DNA of 64,000 bases, from contig NW_020843402.1 of NCBI RefSeq assembly GCF_003704095.1, positions 620,001 through 684,000 of the forward strand, written 5' to 3'. The notes under the pieces are model-generated. The model saw only the letters and a list, made by a program, of their open reading frames with translations. It did not search any database and was not told the DNA's origin. The DNA comes from Pocillopora damicornis (lineage: Eukaryota). Both the position numbers and the translations under genes were made by a program. Shown piece after piece: positions 31,023-42,157 of the stretch. Every line of letters begins with the position of its first letter. Within the stretch, counting starts at the first letter, position 1.

Positions 31023-34000
31023 TTATGACTTGGTCGAGGCTATGCCATAACATTTCAGTTTTCCCAAAGTATGAAAACCTTTTTCTTCTCTTGGGTCTCC
31101 TGTGTCACCAAACCGGAGCTGCGTAACGGGCAAAGTGGACTTGTCAGTCAGTAGTCCACTGTCCTCTCTCCACGTCAGATCATTGGCATCGCAGTTACAC
31201 GCTTCGCCCGTGGCGCATGAGTCGTTCATTCCACATGCGCACATGTTGCTGTCGGGGGAAGCTCCTCCCCAATACGTCATTTTCTGTCCGTCACGTGACA
31301 CCCACCAGCCGTAAGGTGATCCCCTCCAAAGAAGCACAGAATGGCGGCATTCATATTTTATGAACTGTTCACAATGGGTGGATGCCTGGATGAGGTTCTT
31401 GATCTGAGTCATAGTTGCCCCCACGTAAGTCACTTCTTGTAAATAGCTCCCTGGGTAAAAGAAGCCTTCGACGGCCGTTCTCTGCTCTGAGTTGTGACTG
31501 ATCACCGAAACCCCAACACCACCCTTATCAGTCATGTTACAAAACACTTTGAACATCGGTGAATCATCATCTGCTTTTACATTGAAAATACCACTGCGAT
31601 TATAACCTGCGAGTCTCCACTCACTGCATGATCGCACCTGGACTGTTAGGGCAGAAGTTGCATTTATGACTGCGATTTCGCTTTCTGCTGCACAGCGGTA
31701 CCATCCACCATCGAGAATAGATGTTACATTTATAATTAAAGTTCCGTTGCGCAAAATCTCGAATGCTTTTGGCATAGCGTCACCTTCCTTAGCCCATTGC
31801 ATTGGTTGTTTGCTTGCTTGGCAATGCAGTGTCACTGTGCTGCCGAGATATGCATTCATCTGCTCGACTGGTCGGATAAGAAATTTCAGTTTAGGGAGAA
31901 CGGATAACTTTGCAGACGCTTTGACTTCATTTACGTCATTTTTAGCAGTACACGTGTAGTAGTCACTATCATTAAGGGTGGCGTTGTAGATTGTCAGCTG
32001 TCCCTTAAGAGAAGTTGACCCATTTGTAAGTATGCGCCCTCTCTCGGATAGCGCTGTCCAAGTTATCACAGGCTCAGGAAATCCAGATGCTTCACATATA
32101 AACATGGCTCTCTGTCCTTCTTCGATCCGTAGTGGAAGAGGCGTCCTTGTCAGTTGAACGGGAACTGGACGAAAAAATTAAGTGAGTATAACAAGTTTAC
32201 CAATTCTAAAGTTTGTTAAGAGCCCACCTCCCCCGTCCCTCAGCTAATATGAATTCCCACGTTCCTGTTTTTGAACGTTTTAAATCACTTAGGGGTGAGA
32301 CTGGATATATAGGTAAAGCCTGAGTTAAAGTTCAGCCGGGATCAAGTTCCCTGTTGGCTCATTAGTAACTTATGGGTCCAGATCACAGCCTTCTTTTTAT
32401 TGACTTTTCCCTAAATCGAGAAAATTTAAATGTTGTACCGTGCACAATCAGTAGCATGGTCGATTTTGCGATTCCCAGCACATTCTTGGCTTGGCACACA
32501 TACATTCCAGCGTCTTCATACAGAACCCCACTGATAACCATCGTACCATTACTGTGAATCACGTGACGACCACTGGGTAAAGACCCATAGACTCGAACCC
32601 AGGTTGTTTGTGGTGAAGGAAGTCCTTTGGCTCTGCATGACAGTGAGGCTGTTTGTGTCTGTCTGATGGTTATCACTTTTGATGGTGTAATAATTGTAGG
32701 AGCAGCAACTGAAATACCAGGATCACCTTAAAAAACAATAGTGGAACATTTTGGTTTAACCCTCACGGTGTGTTGCTTTCTAACCAGCGAGAACGTGATT
32801 GATATTTTAAAACTTTTAAAATTTTAATTGTGTCGCGCATCCGATGAATTGAGAAATCAGTAAATCCTCACCAGCAATATGCGATCGTTGGGCGGAATCT
32901 TGCTATTTTCCTCTAAATAATTCGGCTACATCTTGGAGTGGTGCGTTCTTATTGCAGCCCTAAAGCTGTAGAAACTGACTGGATCAGACTTTAGATTCGC
33001 TTGGCGGCTTTCACGCAGCTGTAAGGTGCCCAGTTATTGAATAGCCTAGTGTTTATTTCTACATGCATTGAGGTCTCTAAAAGAGTAATCCTATGAACTG
33101 AAACTATCATAATCATCATCAAATTTCCATTATCATCTTCATTTTTATATTGTACTCATAGATGAAGAAGAAGGTTTCTTGTATTGAAGTAAGTCAACTG
33201 ACCTTTATCTCCTTTCGGTCCAGTCGGTCCAGCGACTCCTTTTTCCCCGCGAACTCCAGGAATTCCTTCAATGCCCACGTCACCTTTTTCCCCTTTAGGG
33301 CCCCCAAAACAAAGTCTTTCTTCTTTTGCGCAGAAAACCTGAGTTAGTGAACCCAGCACCATGCGAATTTCGTTTTTTATCTCCATTTTCATCTTTCGAT
33401 TGATACCTTTCTTGCCTTCCTGGCGTAGCTTGGATTCCTGACCCAGCCCCAGGCCTCTAGAGAATCTTCTTTGGTGATCGTTTTGTTTACTTTCTTGTAT
33501 TTCCAGGTGGTCTGAAAAGAAATCTTGCGTAATAAATAAATAACGATCGAATCTTAGAATGCTGTCAAACTGAACTGTGTCAAATTCTCAGACCATTTTT
33601 AATCTCACCTTCTTAAGTTTGTTTTCGAGTGGCCGAGAGGAGTTCGCGCGCGTCCTAAATGACCGGTTCTATGCCCACATATTTCAGAAATAGTATTTTC
33701 TCATGAAATATCTTACATTGAATTTAGCTTGGTAAAATTTCCGCACAGCCCCACACTTCATCATGCATCTAGTTCTTAGATAAAGAAGACAACAACAAAA
33801 AAAATTAAATTGCCTTTGAGACTACGACTTTATTTTAGAACAGTATGGGGCTGTGCAGAAATCTTACCCTCCATTCTAGCAAGGTCATAAATCATACATG
33901 GACAAAACAAATGAAAGACCCGGCTGACTTTGACGTATCATGCCTCGACACACTGTAAAATGACCCGAACAGGAAACGAAATGAAACAATGGCATTTTTT

Positions 34001-34914
34001 TTATCTTATTTTCTGAGTCAGTATCGAAAGAATTGTTCGAAAAACAATGAAGGCAATACATGCTTCATCTCACTCATCTCCTTGAGAGGGATTTTTTTTT
34101 TATGTGAACGCATAGGTCATAACGATCGGGGTTTATATTGAGACTTTGGATCTTCCCTAAACATGATCGCTGTTTCTGTTTTTAATATGACTGGGTGTCG
34201 ATTTAGATCACAGAAGGATTTCGTTTGAAGGGGCCATAACCACAGACAAATAGAAAACCAGTTCTTTCGAGTAGTTTAAATTACCATCGTACCACTTGTT
34301 CAAACTGAAAAACTGCAACAACCTTTAATCAAAAAAATATCTATAAAGTTGAGATGAGATACATTGATCGGTCTGATGGAATTTGGGATGTTTTCTATTA
34401 ATTTCCGGACATCATTGAAAATTTCGATGAGACCCCTAAACTGTGTGGGATAAAGTACCGCCCGAGCCTTAAGGGGACTATATTATGACAATATAGCATC
34501 TTGTACAACTGAACCTCAGTGCCGGGTTTAAACTCGACATGCGAATAAAATCCGCGTCAATCTTCCTTTACTATTCCTCAATCCTTGTTCTTTGTCATTC
34601 ATTTCTACCTCTTTAATGTACATATTTCCCCTCTAAACTGCTACTTGAAAGCCTTATTCCGTCCGCGACTGTTTAAAAAAAAAAGACTTTGGAGGCAAGT
34701 TGAAAAATCAATTGAAGAATACTTCTATGTACTTACCGCACGGTTTACATGGGCTGTCCTCTGCTTTGAGAATTTGAATCTCCAGATTTTTAATATTTTG
34801 GCGCATCAAAGACAACTCGACAGAATTTGTGTCAAGGCGAATGAGAGCTACACTTGAAAGCAACAATGCCGCCACCGCCACTGCAAGGAGGAAACCTTGA
34901 AACGCGTCGGCCAT
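31023..34914 (-). CDS. Type II TM - furin site - collagen - 3 Ig(I-set) - Caspr/neurexin-IV-type fibrinogen-like domain protein, paralogue A; exons 34914-34737, 33511-33203, 32726-32439, 32164-31023
   Basis: All three introns are GT-AG, phase 1 and in frame. TM FLLAVAVAALLLSSVALI; QRRFSR|GLG; about 12 Gly-X-Y triplets (GPKGEKGDVGIEGIPGVRGEKGVAGPTGPKGDK|GDPG); three C..W..DxGxYxC Ig domains; C-terminal RSCSEW...CEQFIKYEC...WWVSRDG..MTYWGGA...CACG..CNCDAND..REDSGLL..LPVTQLRFGD..HTLGKLKC. Confidence 0.88.
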
Positions 34915-35959
34915 TTTAATCTTAGGTTGAAGCTCTTCTCATATGGAAATGAAATACTGAGTAAAAAACAATCGCTGCATGATACTGACAAGTTCATGGC
35001 CCCAAGGAAGACGGGTATTTTTAAAGCTCTTCCTAACGAAACAAAACTCACTGCATGCCTCAAAATCGGTCATTTTAGATCGAGCTCTAAAAACCCTTAT
35101 TCTTTCGAATTGTGGCTAAGTCAGCTGGCCATTTCAAGTGAAAACGACATTCTTTTTTCCTTTATTTATGCTTTGCGGCCAAATAATTTTTTTCATATCT
35201 GAAGCTTCGTACTTACCTTAGTTTGTTTATGACAGAGAATTCTTCGCGCATCTCAGAAATCGAATCTCATGATCTACTAGGGCCCATTTTCTGGGGTTTT
35301 CACCGCGGTTTTGAAAAAACGAGTCACCCCAGTTCTTTCCTTTAGCTATTAAGAATCGAGGAGGCTTTAATGTTGTATATAGCTGAATAACATAGTGAAC
35401 AACATATTTTCATTTCATATTATTTTTGATTAACTAAGTTGGATATACCCACAGCAATGTATAACATGTATAATACTCATATGTGTGTCTTCAAATATGT
35501 TTTTATTGAAAGGGTACGTTTTACACAACGTGTATTTAATAAAGATTATACGCTTTATTAAAGAATTCAAGTGTCTAGCAATACTTAATAGTATGTCGGT
35601 ATATTGATTACCTCTTATAAAACCAAGAAAAAGCGGGTTTGGCGGTTTATGTGATCATTAGTTAAGAATTGCTACATTCTAGCCGTCTTCATTTTCTTTG
35701 AATAATTTCTTATCACTCGATTCACTTAGTCCTCGAACTAAGTTTCTGTATTTTGACTATGATATGACAAATAACTAAATCGCTATAGCTGCAGCCAGTT
35801 ACACTTGTAGGCCATCTTACATTTCGTAGCAAATCTTCAGTTTAACATAGTACTATAACGGTTTTGAATATTGACCAGGCGAGTGTCCTTGCAAAACAAT
35901 CTTCAGGGAACGTTTTGCAGTCACACCTTAGCGACCGGAATATTGAAATACCGAACGTC

Positions 35960-37451
35960 TTACTGAAAAAGTCCAAAACATTTCAGTTCCCCAAGTGTAT
36001 GAAATCCAAACTCGCGGTTAAATTTGCCAGCGTCTCCGAATCTTAGCTGAGTTACAGGTAAGGTGGCTCTGTCCGTCAACATCCCCTCGTCACGGCGAAG
36101 GACGTAGTCATTAGCATCACAGTTACAGATTCCTCCCTTAGCGCACGTGTTGTTTACTCCGCATGCACACATTGCACTTTCAGGTGGAGCTCCTCCCCAG
36201 TACTTCATCTTCTCTCCGTCGCGTGACACCCACCAGCCTACAGGCATACCTTGGTTCAGTAGCAGTGAGTTCATACAGTCGTATCGGATAAATTGTTCAC
36301 AGTGAGACGAGACATTGATCACCGATACAATCTGAGCCAATGAGGTTGTTGTGTAGTTGATATTTCTTTTGTAGCAACCTGGTGGATCACATGTGAAAGT
36401 TTGAATTCGGCCTTCACTGTCGTGACGAAAGATTGTAATTCCGACGCCATTTTTATCCTCCATGTCGCAGAGCGCTTGAAACGCAGGAACTGGACCCTCA
36501 ATATCTGGATCAATCCGGTACTCTGCACTTTCTGTGTAACCAAGCTTTCTCCATTCAGTACAAGTTCGGACCAGTACGTCCACTTCCACTTCAATTTCAA
36601 TAGAAGTGATGATATTTTTCGCAATGCACTCATAAGAACCAGTGGCGTCAAAAGATGCGTTAGCGATGAACAAAGTTCCATTTTCATCTAAACGAGACCC
36701 AGAAGGTAAACCGCCAGATGTCTTCGACCACGTGACAACAGGAATGAATTCTCCACTGTCTGCTACGCATGTCAAAACTACGTCATCGCCAACATGAACC
36801 TTCGTCTTTTTCTTTGGAACAATAACAAATTTCAAACGAGGAACTACAGTCACTCCCAGAATAACGACGACTTCGTTAAAGATGTTTTCAGCCAGACATG
36901 TGTAGAAGCCGCTGTCTTCAAGCTCAATTTTGTTAAATCTTAATTCTCCTTCATTTAGAAACGTTTCCCAGGCGGAGGGGGCACCGGAAGTTTTATTCCA
37001 TGTGATCTTCGGCTCAGGTCTTCCAAATACAGGACAGCGGAGTGTCAATTCGCTTTCCTCTTCTACGAACGTATGGGGCGAATGGTCTAAGATGCGAACG
37101 GGAACTACAGATAACAAACAAACATAAAAAAGAATAGTAAGCAAACAAATAGACTGGAACGATAACACCTCGCAAAAAACTGAAATGAAAGTAAGAAGAA
37201 GATCTGAATCAGTGGATCGTGCTTGGTTCGTAATCCTATACAGGACAGGTCATTGTTAATTACTTTGGAGAGGGGTGGGGGTGGAGGAGGTCGCTCTATA
37301 ATTATTATGCATATGATCCCCGCCTTCATGCTTTGATGGCGATGAATGATCCCCCCCCACCTTGTGATTTCCCCCCCCCCAAAATCAACAAAGCCGTTTT
37401 TCTGGTATTCAGGGCTGACTTTTTTCGGATTAAGGGGGGGTAAGTTTCTGA

Positions 37452-37484
<33 letters not shown>

Positions 37485-39498
37485 TATAACAGGGTAATTT
37501 AGTATTATTAATTGAGTTGATAATGTAAATTGGCCACCGTGAAGAGTTCGCTCTGACGAGGGGCTTACGCTCTAAACGTCAGTTTTTAACCTCTTTACAG
37601 TGGCCAATTTACGTTATCAAATCAATTGATAATACTAAATTACCCTTTTTCGGATTACCCGGTCACCTAAATTGTTTGACTTAATTACCGATCTATGTTC
37701 CATAACTACATCTTACCTAACACAGTTAAGTTTGCCTTCGCTTCCACCTCACCAACAAAGTTCAACGCTTTGCAAACGTAGGTACCTTGATCACTGGGGA
37801 CAGCGTCCATTATCATTAAGGAGCCGTCAATCAAAGTAAAACTCCTCTCGTTCTGCAGTTGGCCGCCTTCTCGACTCCAGATTATATCAGGCCTCGGCAT
37901 TCCACCGGTCATGCAGAGAATGGAGGCGGTGTCATTCTCTCTCACTGTTACAGGCTGTGGTTTTACAATAAAAGCTGGCATGGAGGGCGTCAAAAGTCCA
38001 TCAGCACCGGCCCCTAGGGTAAAAAATCATAGACGTGACTTTGTCCGAAATCCATCTAGATAAAATTTGATTCACCTGCCGTCCTTGAAACTAGTTTAAT
38101 TGGATGAATCTAAATAACGCTGAATAAAAAAAAACTGTAACTGTTTCACGGTAAGATCTGGGTACGAGATTAACCTCGGCTTACCTGAGTCACCTTTTTC
38201 TCCTTTTACCCCCGGCTGCCCGGTATCCCCCTTTTGTCCCTGGGGGCCCCGTTCTCCAGCTGGTCCCCTATCACCTTTAGGTCCTACGGGTCCTTGAACA
38301 CAAATGTTTTCGTCATTTACACAGATCTTGTTCTCAAGAAGGGAGCGCAGTTGATTTTCTGTGAACTTCTGTACACATGCTATCAATTTCTGACTGCACT
38401 CCAAGTCATGCTCAATAACATCATCGTTGTCCCTCTTGGCTCTACGAGCGTTTGTTTCATCCAGATCTGAAGCGTTCGAATGGTTCAGTATTAGGTACTG
38501 TTATTGAATATCTTAATAGTTCATACTATCTCATAGCTAAAAACAGATGAGCGCTAAATTGGGACAAGTTCATTTTCAAAGTCGACTGTTGACGATCACA
38601 TAGGAGTAGTCGAAATGATCGCTACTGTAAATCCTGGCAGCACTTTTTCTTCTACGGAACAACAGAAGGGGATTGTTTTACAGTACAATTTAGTTCCGGA
38701 GGTACTCAAAAGAAAGCTGAATGCCAGCTCTAGTTGACGAGAGTCACTGTAATAACTTTGAATGGGCGTGGCTCATACAGTGTCGGAGGAGAACAATAAT
38801 ACCTTTCGGACATTTTATATGGGACCTTTTTTTGAGGAGGATCCTTCTCGAGAGGAACAACAGTACCGTGCACCTCTAAGCTGTTTACAAAATCTCGTTA
38901 AGAGAACAACTGAGGAGCAATTATTTCAAGGTTTATCTATTTGTTGTTTATTTTCGTTTAATGAAATCTGTAGCGATGCCAATGTCCACCTCTCCTCCTT
39001 TTGGTCTCTTCCTACTTTGTCAAAAACGACCTGCACACTAAATTTTACTGCGGTATTCATAATCCTATTATTAGGCAGATAAAAACTTCCGAACTTATCA
39101 CGTGCAGTGCATTCAACTTCTGTTTTTGAGTGTCCTGATTGCCAATTGATGAAATGAAAATAACAGGTGTGACGAAAATGACAGTTATGACGAGAAACTC
39201 CAAGTTAACATAAACGACAAAAAATAACGGAAGGGGAAAGTAACATTGAATAAAAACAAAAAGAGAGAGAGAGCTCTACAACTGGATTTTGTATAGAGTG
39301 AAATTAGAGGAGGAGCCGTTTGAAGCTAGCGAAGCCAACAGCAAAGTGGTTATGAAAACAATACCTACATGGTTTAGCTGCGTGTTCCAGTGTTTCTACC
39401 CGCCGCTGCAGTCGTCGATGCTCGTGTGACAGCAGAAAACACAACAGAAAGCAAATTGTGAGAGCTGCGAAGGATAAATATGTTCCTGTTTTAGACAT
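35960..39498 (-). CDS. Type II TM - furin site - collagen - 3 Ig - Caspr-type fibrinogen-like domain protein, paralogue B; exons 39498-~39369, ~38466-38185, 38013-37717, 37104-35960
   Basis: Same exon and domain layout as paralogue A. TM YLSFAALTICFLLCFLL; NARRAKR|DND; collagen GPVGPKGDRGPAGERGPQGQKGDTGQPGVKGEKGDS|GAG; three Ig domains; same C-terminal domain. The exact exon 1/2 junction is uncertain. Confidence 0.86.
37433..37645 (+). mobile_element. Small palindromic element with a degenerate minimal type-I hammerhead ribozyme core (Penelope-like/retrozyme-derived), in the last intron of paralogue B
   Basis: About 55-60-bp inverted arms (agggtaatttagtattat...aaattggccac at 37491- and gtggccaattt...ataatactaaattaccct ending 37646) around CTGACGA-g-GGGC-ttac-GCTC-tAAAC-GTC-ag (37553-37582). 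Flanked by the 12-bp direct repeat tttttcggatta (37421-37432, 37646-37657). Confidence 0.65.
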
Positions 39499-40059
39499 AC
39501 TTATTTCTGAAGGAGTGATTCGTGTTCCAAGGCCTGTTTTTGAGCTCTAGTTGGATATTAATGTAATAAGTTTGGTCTTTCAAGGTGCTTATTCACGTCA
39601 ATGCTGAGATTTTTCATTACTTTTGGGGCGTATTTGGAAATGTACCAGCAACCAGATTAGAGAGTAATAACAGCTGATCTGTCACTCATGCCCTCGGGTA
39701 ACAAGCTTATCAAATTTTTCATAGGGGCCGATTGCACTGCGCCAGAAGATACTGGAGATCGTTTTTCAGATAATATTAAACATCAAAGAGGCCGATATCT
39801 TGCCCTCAAATAAGAAACAATTATCGATTGTTTTTTTCCTAATTTAGTGTGCAATATGTCCTTATCGCTCACCAACGTGCAATTTGCTAAATTTTCCGAA
39901 AAGCACGACATACAACGTAAGTGTGATCAAAAAAATAACTCTCATCATTAACAACCATTTGGTTAAATTAAAGTAATCGAACTTGATAGTTTAATTGATT
40001 TTCAACTCAACCTCTCTCAATAATCCCCGCCTATTGCCTTTGGGATCTCACGCAACCAG

Positions 40060-40889
40060 GATCCTGTCTAAAGTACACAGGAGTGACCACGAGTGACCAC
40101 GAATGACCATGATTGACCACGAATGACCACGAATGACCACGAATGACCACGAGTGATGAAAGTTTTAAAAAGTTAATCATTATCTAAAATAAAGATAATA
40201 ATAAGAAGAAAAATATTACAGACAATTTAATGGGAAATATCAAAGGAAAACAACTTTAGCCCTTATTTATTAAAAACCCCGAATAAAAGGAGAAAAGTTA
40301 AATTCTCTGATTTTTCCGTTTTTGGAATCATTTATCGACTTTGTGCATGACACGTGATTTTATTGTAAGTTTTTATGAAAGCTTATAAGTCAAGTCTAGT
40401 TTTCAACTCTTCATTCATAGTTTGACCTATAGGTCGTCGACTGAAGTAACGCAATCTTATCGTTTAGCCGCAATAAATAACTTTTGAAAATGCTTTAAGT
40501 ATATATCTATTAATAAAATTAATATATTAATTATCTTAAATATATTTTTGTTTTAAATAGTCATTCAGAAAGCTTAAAATCCTTTTTTTGGTTGTCTAAA
40601 TCAGCGATGCAGAATGACAGATCGGTGTCATTGTGTAAATAAACAAGCAAATAATAACGGAAACATCAGGGCATTTAACTTTTTTTCCTTTTATTCGGGG
40701 TTTTTAATGAATGAGGGCTACAGTTCTTTTTTCTTTAATATTTCTCATTAAATTCACTGTAATATCTTTTTTCTTATTATCATTTTTATTTTAGTTAATG
40801 ATTAACTTTTTTTAAATTTTTCCACTCGTGGTCATTCGTGGTCATTCGTAGTCACCCGTGGTTACTCGTGTGTACTTTTAGACATGATC
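40060..40889. mobile_element. Non-autonomous Mutator/Foldback-type MITE (830 bp)
   Basis: Termini gatcctgtctaaa...tttagacatgatc; imperfect TIRs of roughly 230-240 bp with 10-bp (gaatgaccac)n subrepeats; perfect 9-bp TSD cgcaaccag at 40051-40059 and 40890-40898; no ORF. Confidence 0.9.
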
Positions 40890-41007
40890 CGCAACCAGTG
40901 AAACCTTGAAGAGCAAGACATCGGTTGACATTTGATAGCAGTTGATAGCCTCTTGCATTTTGTACACACAGAGGGAGGGGTGGTGCTGAGGAGGAAACAC
41001 TATCATC

Positions 41008-41213
41008 AACCCTTTACACCTAAACATCAGTATGCACGTTCTCCATACAGTTGTTTATACATTTGCTAAGGTGCTGACAAGGAGAATTTGTTTAATAATC
41101 AGGAGCTTCTTTAGTTGGTGATCATTTCCTTTATTCTTATGATCCCAAATGAATGATTCTGCAGTAGTCAGGAGAAGCTAGACTCTGGTCACTTTTATGG
41201 TGTATGGGGTTAA
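41008..41213 (+). mobile_element. ~200-bp piggyBac-like MITE copy (second subfamily)
   Basis: aaccctttacacc...ggtgtatggggttaa termini; the reverse complement matches 53129-53307 (gctgacaaggagaatttg, tggtgatcatttcctt). Confidence 0.7.
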
Positions 41214-42157
41214 TGAGCTGCATGGCAATGCTCTTTCCAAAGGCATGTCATTTCCAGGCTGGAGGTATACAAAGGAAAGAAGATTCCATGACATGGGGTG
41301 TTGATAGGAATAAGGAAAACTTTAATTGAATCGAGAGGGTAACTGTATGGGGGCACTGCAAGGAAAAGCAGTTTTAACACAATTTTTTAGCAACTCAGTG
41401 ATGTCAATACTACATACTTTACTGATGTGACATTGAGTAGAAGGTAAATTAAAGGATTACTTAAATACCATGGACAATGTGTGTCCAGTAGAACTTTAGT
41501 TTGCTGTTGTTGTTGTTTTCTGTACTGATAAAATCTGAAAACGTTATGGATGGGAAATCCGAGGGAATAGATCTCGACAAATATTTGTTACAGTCCTCTA
41601 TTGAGCTTTGGTGTTTCCCATCAGCATCATTGCTCACCAATGGTGTAGCAATTCACACTTAGCATATTCAAGTTTACAGCAGCTGCATGTTACAAATGCA
41701 GGTGAACAAGTGACTCTTACTAACAATTGTGTTATATAAACTAAACATTTATTATTCTTTGCTAGAATTCATTCATACATATGAAGTTGTTACATTGTTA
41801 ACATTCAGGATAAATATGTCCAGATAAATATCTTAAATAATACAAAGAAATACTATTCATTACTAGTCTTGTTCCTTAGTCATAACAACATTGCACTAAG
41901 GAAGGAGTTTAACTTTAATGTCCCTGTGTAACACAGAGGACGGGAATATGACATAAAAAAATCTAAATTGCAACTTGGCTCAATCTGTCATTTAGTTTAA
42001 CAATTCATTAAAAACAGAAAAAAAGAAAATTTCTATGAAAAAGTCCAAATTTTAACATTCTAGAAAAGTATATGTGTCATTACAATGTGGCACAAATGAT
42101 TAATATAATGAAATGAATACAACTTTTTGTTAAGGAGCCATTCCAACACAAGTGTCC

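Noticed and set aside
38960-39030. Possible extra exon of paralogue B (gtgcag| acceptor near 39030)
   Set aside because: The frames compatible with the candidate exon-1 donors hit stop codons quickly, and the exon is not needed for an in-frame model.
40081-40155. (gaatgaccac)n array as a CRISPR or satellite
   Set aside because: There are no unique spacers or cas genes, the context is eukaryotic, and the array is mirrored at 40825-40870 as part of the MITE TIRs.
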